NCBI GenBank assembly: GCA_012295275.1
Contig: CM022668.1
Span: forward strand, 6,138,001 to 6,202,000
Origin: Chrysomallon squamiferum
Lineage: Eukaryota > Animalia > Mollusca
Length of the DNA: 64,000 nucleotides
Direction: 5' to 3'
Shown: piece by piece, positions 31,143-45,613 of the stretch
Numbering within the stretch: the stretch's first letter is position 1
How the letters are laid out: every line of letters begins with the position of its first letter
The notes under the pieces: model-generated
Told to the model about the DNA's origin: nothing
The model's database searches: none
Seen by the model: the letters and a program-made list of their open reading frames with translations, nothing else
Position numbers and translations under genes: made by a program

Positions 31143-31766
31143 CAACCAACCACCGTAAAGAGTTGACATATCACAAAACACTGTCACGTTGTTAACCTCA
31201 AATGACGTGAACACGGCAATTTCAGAGCATGGAGAAGTCATCATGACGTCATAACAGTTTCGTCTCACATTAGGAACATAACCTGTTAAAAATATGCAAT
31301 TTCTACAGTTTCTTTTTTATTATGAACCATTTTTAAAATGTATTATTTAGAGATAAAGCTAAACAGTAATTTAATTATAAAGATTCATATTATTCCTTTA
31401 AGTTGTTAATTACTGTGATACCTACATATAAAATATACACGCACATACGTACATAGAGGTGTAAGAACATTAATAAGAGGCTGTTATTCATTCACACACA
31501 CAGAGAAAAAAGTATTATATTTAGATTTAAAACAAATAAATAAATAAATAAATAAAAGTATACATTATTTTCGAATCTATCCATGCTCTCTCTATATAAT
31601 GTTTACCTGAGGACGGTCGAGTAGCTGCTGATATTACGTCACCGTCACGTGATACACATTTTGTTTCATTCATATTTATCACTTCACATTTTTGATACGA
31701 CATGCAGACGTCCGTACCACAGACTCCAGACACGGACTGCAAACAACAACAAGAACAACAAAAAAA

Positions 31767-31805
<39 letters not shown>

Positions 31806-32116
31806 ACAGGTGAAGAACATTAATAATAGCACTAGCGATATTAACACTACTAAAATAATAGTCACAGTTGCATTTATAGTGTATTTCTCATATAGTACTA
31901 GTGGTAGTAGTGTTATTCGTAGTAGAAGTATTAGTAGTAGAGCAGTAGAAAACGTTGAAGCGTTAGTAGTAGTAGTAGAAGTAAAAAAATTTGTAGTAAT
32001 AGTACTCGTAGCAGTAGTAGGAATAGTAGTAACCGTGACAGAAGTAGTAGTAGTAGCAGCAGCAGCAGCAGCAGTACTTATAGTAGTAGTGGTTGTAGTA
32101 GTATCAAGATAAAAAC

Positions 32117-32158
<42 letters not shown>

Positions 32159-32439
32159 CTCACCTTGTCTATAGAATTTTTGTTTTGGTAAATTGATCCT
32201 TTCTTTGTGACAAAATCTCGTGAACTTTCTTTCTTTGTTTTGTAGTTGAGTTGACACTCCAGGGTAGACGTGAAGAAGTTAAAAGATTTACAACACATAT
32301 CAGCTACACAGGCAGCAGAACAGTCATACAACGACGACTGAGACGTCGTGGTCATGACGTGGTGTTGAAATTCCATGTCTCGATGTATCACACCTATGAC
32401 GTGGTTAACGAATAAGATATAAATTCCAGAAAATTTCAT
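31143..32439 (-). pseudogene. F8: 5' half (exons 1-3) of an F3-type copy; exons 4-6 lost
   Basis: Minus-strand exons 32439-32164, 31736-31607 and 31282-31143 are open with GT-AG sites. Intron 3 runs into the F7 breakpoint at ~30800. Confidence 0.85.
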
Positions 32440-35420
32440 TTTTAATCTTTGGAAGAATCTTAAAATAAGAAATAACATAAATCCAGTTTTCTTGCTTATG
32501 GTTCAAATATTACGTTCCTTTGGTTATCTGCGTTGCACCGTTGATTTCTGAGTTCAGAATAATTGTCCGAAGTTCACTGGTTTGTTTTAATACTTCAGAA
32601 ATAGATGTATCGATAAGGAGAGGCGTTTGTTTATCTTATTGGCTATTTTCTCTGTTTTGTATCGTGAAGAACTAAAGATTGATACAGAGGCAGCGAATTG
32701 GCATAACGATCGCTAAATGCCTAGTTTACTGCTGTGTATTGATTTGCTGTGTATATATATATATATATATATATATTTATACATCTATAGATCTGTCTCT
32801 CTGTCTGTCTGATTGTTTATATTATAGGACAGTCATTTTTTATTTTCGTTTACAACGGAATGTCAATCCGTGGATCTTAAAATATGAGCTTTTTGCAGCG
32901 AAGGTTAGAATGCCAAGTGCAGCGAGGCTTTACCAAGTTGCGTTCGTTATTGAACTTGACATGATAAAGATGATTTCTCAAGAAAGTAACCAGTTATTTC
33001 TTTTAACCTGTAATTCTAAATAATTAAAAAATAATAATTTATTGAAGTAAATATTTCCGTTAACATCAGTTCCTCACTGTCAAAGTTCCTTAATTGGTTT
33101 ATTAACTTTAGAATCAAGCACTGATCAGTTTAACATGACACAGAAATAAAATGAAATAAAATAAAGAAAATATATACTTAAATATATAAATAAAATAAAA
33201 AATGAATAAACGAATGAATAAATAAATGAACGAATGCATGAATGTATAAATATATAGATAAATAAATAAAAGAATAGATTTGAAATTAAAAAGTTAAATA
33301 AAATGTTATAAATTCGATAATAAATCTGACAATCATGATAAATAATAATATAATCTTCTTTGTCGTCTATAAACTCTTCACGTTTTGTCATATTCTAGTA
33401 AGATCCTTGAACACATCCTGTTATCATGGTAACTGTAAAGCCTCGTTGTATGAGATCATGTATACTTCTTAGAGAGAAAACTTATTTTGCACGCTAGAGA
33501 AAACATTCTATTTTATTGAGTGGCTGTCGAACAGTTAATGGGAGGTAATTACTAATTCGTGTGTATTTACTGATAGTTGAAGTACCTATACTCATAGAAA
33601 TAAACATATTTGCGGTTGACAGATCAATGGAGAAAAAAATGTCATTTGCAAAAGAAACAAAAGTGAAATAACAATACAACACATTAAATCTATTCAAAGT
33701 TGATATATTCAGACGTTTATCGAAAGAAAACAACAACGTAATATTATGCTTGAATAGATGACGTATAAAATACACAGCGGGAATCTACAAAAACAACAGC
33801 AACAACAATAAATGTAGTAATAATAATAATCTAATAATAATAATAATAATAATGTTAATAATATTAATAATAATAATAAGAAGAACAACAACAACAACAA
33901 CGGCAATCGGAAAGTCATTATTTTTTTATTTTTTTATTCATTTACTTATTTATTTATCTGTTTATTTGTTTGAAATGATTTTTCTCTTGTTTTTAATGGC
34001 TTTAACCTTAGAATCATTACATTTTCTTTTAATGCGCCGAAGAACCCGAAGCTGTTTAACTATACAGTTGTTAAAACTCGAATTTTGATTATTAATTATA
34101 TTTTTATCTTTAATTAATCCATTGCATATAAAAGTACTGACTGTTAAATATTGTTTAAATTATAAAAGTGAAAAAAGAAAAATTTAATTATTTGCCACTG
34201 TTTTCTTCAGAACGATAAGAAAATAAACTTTTTGCAGGTAAAATCCAGTTTCCTCGATTAATTTTATTATTTGATATACTCGGTTATTTCTAAATGAAAT
34301 AACTCAGTGTTTCTATGAATAACTGAGAAGAGTTCATTTATAGAAAGATATACTGACTGATACTCAGACAGACCGACCGACAGACAGAGAGTAAAACTCA
34401 CAAACAGACGGATACAAAGATTATACAGACATGTAGACAAACAGAAAAACAACCAGGTAAATGCTACAGTCGTACTGACATCTTTCATATTGTATCGATT
34501 ATCGTTATCAATCACAAATGCACAAAGAAACAGACACGAGAAACTGACATATAGACAGACAGATAAATGGTACAGTCGTACTGACATCTTTTATATAATA
34601 TCGATTATCGTTATCATTCACAAATGCACAAACATACAAACAGACAGACAGAGAGTGTTAGAACTAGGCATATGCATATATTTGTAGATACTAACAGACA
34701 TATACATTTACTTATGGAAGAACTAACTGACGGACAATGAACAGATAAGCGGAAGGATGCATGAATCTGTGAATGGATGGATGGATGGATGGTCAGATGA
34801 ATCGATGTATTAGAAAATTCTAGATATCTGATAGACACATGTAATTATACAAAGAGTCATGCTTAATAAGATGCACCCTTCGAAATTACCCAATTTCTAA
34901 AATCAGTCCAGATTATTGTCCAGTTTACAAGTTAAGCAAATACAGAACGTTAAGCAAGTCCTCAACACTAAACAAGTCCATAATATCCAGCAAATCGACA
35001 ACGTTAACATAGTCCTGAGCGTCAAGCATGTCTTCAACGTTAAGCAAGTTCAAACTTGAGCAAAGACAAAAGAAACATTAGCAGTAGTACGTGAAATACA
35101 CGCTTCACTTGAAATGTTTCGCATCAAAGATCTTCAGTCGTATTTCATGTTTTATAATTAATAAAAGAAACGCAGGATTATTTAACTGGTTAAAATTTAA
35201 TTAAAATGTAGTTTGAATACTCTGTTGTCATTGTTGTTTTTGTCAATGGTGTCTTCATCTTTCTTAACGTGTTCGTCATCACATTTGTTTCGAGAGAGTA
35301 AACTCCAGAGACATTTACAGAAAATGGTTTCAAAGTTTCATGTTTCTAAAGAATACATTAAGAATGAAATAAAGTGTCAAGGATATATGCCTCCGAAAAG
35401 AATGATGCGAAATTTATCAA

Positions 35421-35561
<141 letters not shown>

Positions 35562-36137
35562 GCTGACGATGTTACCGTTCGGCCATCAAGACAACCTTAG
35601 AAAGAGTTGCCCAATAACCGAGGTAATCATCGCTTCCCACGAAGCTCGCCGTTCTTTGTCTTTCGTCATTTTAGCGTGCATGTATATGGCGGCATTTAAA
35701 TGTTTTGTGACAGTATAATGTTCCTTTCATGCTTAGTTGTGAGGGTTGAAAGATAAACCAAACCAGTCACATAATAAAATAAAAGTACAGTTTAAGGAAT
35801 TGTATTAAACCAAATGTACGTGAAACTGATGGAGAGATGATGTATAATACTGATTTTTCAACAAAAAATAAAAAGTAAAAAGATTAGAGTAAAAAGAAAT
35901 AACAATATGATAGAATAGATTATTGTTATTACTACTATTACTACTAATACTACTAATACTACTATTTTAAATCTGTTTTATTGTCATTTTTACTTGGAGA
36001 CTTTTTTTTACATAAGTTCATTACATTAAGGATAATTTTCAATTCATTTCCATTTCTGTAGACAGTTATACATAATTATTATAATTACATTTAATAAATC
36101 TTTATTTTATTCAGGACAAGGCGATCCAAGTTTTATG

Positions 36138-36226
<89 letters not shown>

Positions 36227-37531
36227 GTAATCTTTAAAATAACAGGAAAAAGACAACAACAAACCCAACAATAACAAAAACTAAAAAGCAATCAAAAGAG
36301 GGGAAAATGATATTAGGCTATTCTCATTTACTTAAATAAATAAAATAAAAAAAAAAAAAAAAATAAAAATAAAGTAAAATAAAATAAAATAAAATAAAGT
36401 AAAATAAAATAAAATAAAAAATAAAATAAAATAAAATAAAATAAAATAAAAGAAATACTAGTACTACTACTACTACTACTAATACTAATATTACTAATAT
36501 TACAAAAACTAATATTTTAGTAAAATGTCTGTTTTCTAGCTCTTTTCAGCTGTAAACAAAAACTTTATGTAACTTAGTTCTTGTACTACAACAGTAATTT
36601 CAAACTCAGTACAATAGACTACTGTACATAATAGACTATTGTACACACCGTACTACTGTATGCACCAGAGATTACAGATCTTTGTTATTATTGCTTTTAT
36701 TTATTTATTATTAATATTTTTAAAATTTTAATTAAATAGCCAGAAGGAGAAATGAAAAATAAAGTAAAGAAAAATGAAATATTGAAATTGTAAATTCTGT
36801 TTTGTCATAGTAAAGGTTTTGTAATATTAATGGAAGTGATCAGTGCTTAGTGATAGAGAAAAAGTTTGAGCGATAAAATACTTGCTATTTACAAATATAT
36901 ATCATGTGTGTGTGTTTGTGTGTCTGTGTGTGTGTATTAGCATATATATAGTTAATTTCTTTGGTTTTAAAAGTTATTTAGAATTGCAGGTTAAAAGAAA
37001 TAACTGGTTACTGCCTTAAGATATCATCTTTATTTTGGTCAAGTTGAATGGCTCGGTAAAGCCTCGCTGCATTTGGCATTCTAATCTTCGCAGGACAATA
37101 ATATTAGACAGTAACTAGTTACCGCCCTGCACACAAATATAAAACCTCTATTCCTCTATAAATGAAAATCTAAAATGACTGTCATATAATATTAATAGAT
37201 AGAGAGACAAACAGATCGACAGATATGTAAATATATCGATACACACAGATGCTGCAGATCAATACATAACAGTAAACTAGACACTTAGCGATCGTTATGT
37301 TAATTCGCTGCGTCTGTATGAATCTTTAATTCTTCACCAGTCAAAACAGACAAAATAGCCAATATGCAACAAGATGAACAAACGCCTATTTCAGAAGTTT
37401 TACGAATAATTACTCTGAAGTCAGAAATCAAAGATGCAATGCAGATAACAGAAGGAACGTAGTATTTGAACCATAAGAAGACAACGGGATTCAATACATT
37501 TGTTATTTTAAGATTCTTACAAAGATTAAAA

Positions 37532-38529
37532 ATGAAATTTCCTGGAATTTATATCTTATTCTTTAATCACGTGATAGGTGTGATACATCGAGACATGGAA
37601 TTTCGAAACCACGTCATGACCACGACGTCTCAGTCGTCGTTGTATGACTGTTCTGCTGCCTGTGTAGCTGATATGTGTTGTAAATCTTTTAACTTCTTCA
37701 CGTCTACCCTGGAGTGTCAACTCAACTACAAAACAAAGGAAGAAAGTTCACAAGATTTTGTCACAAAGAAAGGATCAGTTTACCAAGACAAAAATTCTAT
37801 AGACAAGGTGAGATGTTTTAGTTTTTGTTTGTTTTTATATAACTTCTACTACTACTACTGCTACTGCTACTAGTATACTTACTGCTATTGTTACTACTAC
37901 TTCTGTTACCATTAGTAATTACTTTTACTACTACTGTTACCACAACTACTATTGTTATCGTTGCTTCTGTTACAGCAACCACATTTCCATCACAACAACT
38001 ACTATTAATACTGCTACTACTACCAGAACTACTATAACAACTCTTTTATTATTATTATTACGATTGCTACTACTACTGTTATTGTTACTATGAATAAAAC
38101 TACTACAACTAATACTGTAGTGTTAATATTACTATTTATACACCTATGGCTATTATTTTACTACTGCTAGTAGTTGATTTATTTATTTATTTATTTTTAT
38201 ATTTATATTTATTTTTTTTTTTTTATTTTTATTTATTATTATTATTATGATTATGATTTTTTTTTTTTTTTTTGTGATTTGCAGACTTTATCTGGAATTT
38301 GTGGTACGGACGTCTGTCTGTCTTACCAGAAATGTCAAACTGTACGTGTGCATGCTGCGAAATGTGTATCACGTGACAGTGACGTAACACCATCAGCTGC
38401 ACAACGCTCCACACGTAAATCTAATTTAGACAAAACACTGATAGATACATTTATTTTGTTTTCTTTCTGGATGAACCAATAACTTAGCCTTCTGAAAGTG
38501 TTCATACATAGAAACCTAAATATGTATGA

Positions 38530-38584
<55 letters not shown>

Positions 38585-39569
38585 AAAGCAATTAACAACA
38601 ATATAAAGCAATACTATCAAAGTTTATAATTAAATTATGTTATTACTTTTCCTCTAATTAACAGATTTTAATATTGGTTCATATTAAATAAGAAAATGTA
38701 GAATTGCATATTCTTCATAGGTTATGTTCCTGATGTGATGCGAAACTGCTATGACGTCATGATGACGTTTCCATGCTCTGGACATGCTTTGTTGAAGTCA
38801 TCTCAGGTTAACAACGTGCCAGCGTTTTGTGATATGTCAACTCTTAACGGTGAATGGTTGGTTAGTAGGAACGAGTCATTTTATAGTTATTTCATTTTAT
38901 TAATTTATTATTAATTCGATATTCATCTATTCATTCGTTCGTTCATTTATTTATTCATATCTTTTTTATTATTGTAACTTTATTCGTTTCCATTAGAAAA
39001 ATTATATGTAAATGAATACAAACATACATACATACATAGAAACTTATCTACGTCCATTTGTGTACATACATAGATACATAGAGATATATATATATATATA
39101 TATACATATACGTGCATTTATGTCTTATACAAATGTATACGTTATACAACGACGGATGGACGGATCTACAGATTATATGTAAATGAATACAAACATACAT
39201 ACATAGGTACATACAAATATGTATACATATATGCATACATACATAAAACGCACATACATACATACATACACACATACCTCCTTACTTACCTACGTCCATT
39301 TGTGTCTTAAACTAATGTGCAGATTATACAAAGACGGATGGACGGATCTACAGACTTCTACAGAACATGGCAGGAATACAAGGAAGGATTTGGAGATGTA
39401 GAAAGAGAATACTGGTTGGGTAAGAAATTGTTTGCTAATTCATGAGATGCATCTATCAGGTAACTGTGACAAATAACTTTTGTGTTTTATGTTCAAAGAA
39501 AAATGATAGTTGAATGTAAAGTCTTAGAATATTATTATTTTTCTTCTTCTTCTTCTTCTTCTTCTTCTT

Positions 39570-39635
<66 letters not shown>

Positions 39636-40587
39636 GCTGTTGTTCAGGAAACGAGAACATCTACAAGATAACAAGTAAACAGGAATACGAGCTACGTGTT
39701 GATCTAGAAGACTTTGAAGGAAACAAAAGTTACGCGATGTACTCGACATTTTCACTGGGTAGTGAGGCGGAGAACTACACTCTACACATTGGATCTTACA
39801 GCGGAAACGCAGGTTGGTCTGGCAACAAGCTAAAACAGACTGAATGAATATATATATATATATATATATATACATATGTTTATGTTTGTCTATATGTGTC
39901 TATATGGAGGTATGTCTGTAAGAAAACGTGTGCCTGTCTGTCTGTGTCTATGTGTGTATGTGTGTATGTGTATATTTGAATTTGTTTTCTGTCTCAGCAT
40001 ATATCTCTATATATAAGTATTTCTATGTCACTTTGTTTGTTTGTACGTACGTCTGTCATTTGTTTATCCGTGTGGCTTGGATTATAACTGGGATTCTGTG
40101 TTAATGTATTTATTCATGTGTGCTTGTATCTCTGTGTGGGGCCGTATATATAAAAGTGTGAGTGATTCTGTATGTTAAAGATGGTATTTTAAGTCGTCGT
40201 ACTTTAAGGTATGAGTCGTTTTTGCCAAAAAATGAAAAAAAATTTCGTACGAAGATTGCTCTTGCTATTATTTAGTAATAATAATGGTAATTTGCAATTA
40301 TACTTTTTTCCCGTTCCAAAGGTGACTCACTTGCCTGGCACAATGCTCGGTCTTTTACAACTAAGGATAAGGATCAGGATACGTATTCTGCAAACTGTGC
40401 CGAAAAGTTTCATGGAGCGTGGTGGTACAGACACTGTCACAGTTCGAATCTAAACGGCTTGTACCTGGAAGGCCTTACTAAGGTATACGCGAAAGGAGTT
40501 ACATGGAGTTCGTGGACAGGCCAGTTCTACTCCTTGAAGAGAACTGAAATGAAAATAAGACCACTTTTTGTCTCGAAAATAAGCTAG
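37532..40587 (+). CDS. F9: complete PAN-FOLN-FReD protein, 357 aa
   Basis: Exons 37532-37807, 38285-38414, 38721-38860, 39323-39419, 39648-39812, 40322-40587. All GT-AG and in frame; an extra T near the end gives the tail RPLFVSKIS*. Confidence 0.9.
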
Positions 40588-41153
40588 TCTTTGTCTGGAA
40601 AATAGAACCAGGTTTCTCTGGAAAATAAACCAGTGTATTGTTGAAGATAGAGAAAATTACGTATTGAAGTTAAGATCAGATTAGCTTTGAAGATAAATTT
40701 CATATTCTTCGTTTAAGTCTTCTACAGGCTTTAATATTTCTAGACGGAATGAAGACGTTTATTTCATTTCTTTAAAATTCTGTATGTAAGTTTCTGATTG
40801 TTTATTTATTATTTTTTTTTTTTACACGTGTGTCCATTTGTTTCGTTTTTGATTAGAGGGACTAATTTTTAATGAGCTACTGTTTTTCGACATTTTAAAT
40901 AAAAACATATAATTTCAAATAACTATTGTTGTGAATTTTTTATCAGTTGATGTTTAGTTTAATAACAGTAATGCTTGGAGTCATAACATTTTGCACACAA
41001 TGACACAGACAGACATTGACAGAGGCACAGAAAGAGACATTGACTCAGAGAAAAGTGAAAAAGAATGAGTGGATAAAGATGGAAAGAAAGGTAAAGAACG
41101 ATCGATTTTCCTTCATTCGTTCGTTAATGGGTTCCTCCATCATACATACATAG

Positions 41154-41184
<31 letters not shown>

Positions 41185-41554
41185 CATACATACATATATA
41201 GAAATATATATATATATATATATATATAAACAGAGAGAGAGACCAGTTCGAAAGCTTTGTTCTAATCATCTAAGGGAAGATTGAGTTTCGGAAGAGTTCA
41301 TCAAACTTTTTTTTAATGGAACATTCTATGTAGAACTAGTTAATCAAACTTTGTTCTGATGGTACATTTCAAGTCGTCGGAACAGTTCATCAAGCTTTGT
41401 GGTACTGGAACATTTATTAAATTAATTGGAATATTTCATGTCGGAACATTTGACCTGAGTTTCGAACAATAGATTATTATTATTTTTATTATTAGTAGTA
41501 GTATTAGTATTGTTTTAAATAGAACAGTACTAATAACAACTCTAATTACTGTAA

Positions 41555-42005
41555 CAGTAGCAGCAGTAGTAGTAGTAGTAATTGAACAGCAGCAGTGGTA
41601 GTAGTAGTAATGGAACAGAAGCAGTAGTATTTCTGGTAGCAGTAACAGTAATAGTAATGGTAACTGCTATTGTAGCAGTAACAGTAATAGTAATGGTAAT
41701 GTTTATTGTAGTAGTAGTAAAATAATAGATACAGCAGTAGGAATGTTTATGTCTGATAGTAATACTTCCAGTAGTAAAATAATAGTTACAGCAGTAGGAA
41801 TGATTAGGTCTTATAGTAATACTTCCAGTAGTAAATTAATAGTTACAGCAGTAGGAATGGTTATGTCTTATAGTAATAGTTCCAGTAGTAAAATAATAGT
41901 TTTAGCAGTAGGAATGTGTATATCTTATAGTAATACTTCCAGTAGTAAAATAATAGTTATAGCAGTAGGAATATTTATGTCTTCGAATAAAACTTCCAGT
42001 AATGA
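41555..42005. repeat. Same compound minisatellite (~5 units of 57 bp)
   Basis: 57-bp period visible at 41712-42000. Confidence 0.88.
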
Positions 42006-42077
42006 GGTGAAATATTACTACCAGAAACAGAATTAGCATCACAAAAAACCCCAGTAATAATGATTAGGATAATAAAA

Positions 42078-42155
<78 letters not shown>

Positions 42156-43892
42156 GTCAACATTAATAGTAGTCGTACTGTTGGTATAGCAGATGTAGTA
42201 ATAACAGTAACAAGAACAACAAGTTTGTATTTTACATTCTGTAATCAGTGATCTGTCTTTTTCATTTACATTTATGCTGAAAGTTCGCTGGTGCATGTAA
42301 AACAGATATATTATTAAATGCTCGAACAAAACGAATTTCTGCTTACCAAACACAGTGTTTCTACTTCAAAAGAGGGAGACAAAAAATCACTTTAATATTT
42401 TATTATTGTCGTTAGAGGTTGATCTATATTGATCTATATTCAAGTAATTATTATTATTATTATTTCTGATTTTTCAATGTATAGCATAATGATATTAATG
42501 TGTTTGAACAGATTTTCAGGGGTTTTAAATTTATTTTTTCCAGGAATGAACTGTAAGAAAAAAATAAAAAAATAAAAAGTAAAATGATTAGAGAGAAAAA
42601 AGAACAATATGGTACAATAGATTCACTGCTCCATTGATCTGAATACATCTACAGAAACAAAAACATTCAAGTGGCTTTGATATGACAAAAGTCTGACTGC
42701 TGCTTGATGTTATATTTATACTAAGAAAGCAATAAATATTTAATTACGATATAAGTTACAGTGATCATTGTTTCACTACACTGATGATAATCTGTGTACA
42801 ACGTATTGTGTGCAATTCTAAACAAGATCTATTTAATATTTAATTACATCCGTTTGACTGACGACTTCTACTGCTGTGTTTGTTCTGTCATAAAATGATT
42901 CCATTTCACTGACTGACTTCTATATTAATTGAATTTATTCATCCATTCATTCATTCGTTAGTCCTTCATCAGTGTATTTGTTTTCTATCGATATTTACTT
43001 ACGTATACATTTTCTGTTTACCTAGATACTTATATATTTAGCGACACATCTATCTACCTTTCTATTAATCTATAGATCCATCCATCCATCCATGCATCTA
43101 TCCATGTGCCTATGTATCTCTCTATTTATATGTATATCTCTCTATTCATCTATCTATCAGCTTACTTATATACCCAACTGTATTGCCAGTCTGTGAAAAT
43201 CCCCCCTCTCTCTCTTTGTATACATACACATATTCATATAGATATTTATATAGATACTTACATATATACATAAAATAATTTATCGAAATACATTTAGTTA
43301 ATTTAATTACTGTTTTTTCAAAAGAAATTTAAATAATTAGTATTTCAGGCAAACAGAAATAACTGGTTACTGCTTTAAGATATCACCTTTTTTTTTCGTC
43401 AAGATAAATAGCTAACGCAGCTTGGTAAAGCCTAGCTGCATTTGGTATTCCAACCTTCGCAGTTATCGTCCTGCCCATATATATATGTAGCATATATTCC
43501 GTTATAAATGAAAATCTAAAATAACTGTCAGATAAATAAACAGACAGATCGATAGATATGTAAATATATAGCTGTATCCAGATACAGTACGTAAATTGAC
43601 GTCAGTAAATTAGACAATTAGCGATCGTTAAGTCAGTTCGCTGCGTCTGTATGAATGTTTAATTCTTCACCAGTCAAAACAGCCAATAAGCAATCACATA
43701 AACAGACGCCTCTCGATGTCGATACGTCTATTTGTGAAGTATTATAAGAAACCAGTGAACTACGGACAATTAGCCTGAACTCAGAAATCAACGGTTTAAC
43801 GGAGACAGCTTAAAGAATATAATACTGAAATCAAAAGAAAGAAAAGTGGATTTATTTTATTTCTTATTTTTAGATTCTTACAAAGATTAAAA

Positions 43893-43930
43893 ATGAAATT
43901 TTCTGGAATTTATATCTTATTCGTTAATCA
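43893..43930 (+). pseudogene. F10: 38-nt remnant of exon 1; gene body deleted
   Basis: ATG AAA TTT TCT GGA ATT TAT ATC TTA TTC GTT AAT CA follows an intact upstream block, then joins sequence matching 22453 onward (3' flank of F5). Confidence 0.8.
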
Positions 43931-44080
43931 ATTTTTTATCAATTCATGTTTTATTTAATAGCATTAATGCTTGGGGACATAACATTTTGCACACAAACAC
44001 ACAGACAGACATTGACAGAGACAGAGATTCATACATACATAGATTTATGGATGCATTTCCATATACATATATATATATAT

Positions 44081-44229
<149 letters not shown>

Positions 44230-44457
44230 AGTTCGAAACATTTCATCAAGCTTTGTTATAATCATCTAACGGAACATTCAGTTCATCAAACATTTTTTTA
44301 ATGGAACATTTCATGTAGGACTAGTTAATCAAACTCTGTTCTGATGGTACATTTCAAATCGTCGGAACAGTTCATCAAACTTTATTCTAACGGAATGTTT
44401 CCTAAATCTAATGGAATATTTCAAGTCGGAACATTTCACCAGAGTATCGTACAATAG

Positions 44458-44539
<82 letters not shown>

Positions 44540-44574
44540 TCAAACAGAACATTACTAATAACAACTGTAATTAC

Positions 44575-45475
44575 TAAAGAAGCAGCAGCAGTGGTAGTAG
44601 TAGTAATTGACCAGAAACAGTGGTAGTAGTAGTAGTAATGGAACAGCAGCAGTGGTAGCAGTAGTAAATGAACAGCAGCAGTGGTAGTAGTAGTAATGGA
44701 ACAGCAGCAGTGGTAGTATTAGTAATGTAACAGCAGCAGTGGTAGTAGTAGTAGTAATGGAACAGCAGCAGTGGTAGCAGTAGTAATGGAACAGCAGGAG
44801 TAGTATTTCTGGTAACAGTTTTAGTAATAGTGACTGCTATTGTAGAGTAGTAAAATAATAGTTATAGCAGTAGGAATGTTTATGTGTTATAGTAATATTT
44901 CAAGTAGTAAAATAATAGTTATGGCAGTAGGAATGTTTATATCTTATAGTAACACGTCCAGTAGTAAAATAATAGTTATAGCAGTAGGAATGTTTATATC
45001 TTATAGTAATACTTCCAGTAGTAAAATAATAGTTATAGCAGTAAGAATGGTTATGTCTTATACTAATACTTCCAGTAGTAAAATAATAGTTATACCAGTA
45101 AGAATGTTTATATCTTATAGTAATACTTCCAGTAGTAAAATAATAGTTATAGCAGTAAGAATGTTTATATCTTATAGTAATACTTCCAGTAGTAAAATAA
45201 TAGTTATAGCAGTAGGAATGTTTATGTCTTATAGTAATACTTCAAGTAGTAAAATAATAGTTATAGCAGTACGAATGTTTAGGTCTTATAGTAATACTTC
45301 CAGTAGTTAAATAATAGTTATAGCAGTAGCAATGTTTATGATAGTAATACTTCCAGTAGTAAAATAATAGTTATAGCAGTAGCAATGTTTATGTCTTATA
45401 GTAATACTTCCAGTAGTGAAATAATAGTTATAGCAGTAGGAATGTTTATGTCTTGGAATAAAACTTCCAGTAATG
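44575..45475. repeat. Same compound minisatellite (~11 units of 57 bp)
   Basis: atcttatag recurs at 44941 and 44998 (period 57). Confidence 0.9.
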
Positions 45476-45553
45476 AGGTCAAATATTACTACCAGAAACA
45501 GGATTAGTAGCAATAAAAACAGTAATAATGATTAGGATGATAAATAATAATAA

Positions 45554-45613
<60 letters not shown>

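Noticed and set aside
44876-45310. 144-aa repeat ORF ([19 protein letters not shown])n, also 23412 and 41743
   Set aside because: It is the translation of a 57-bp minisatellite; stops and frame-breaking short units occur within the array and unit number differs between copies.
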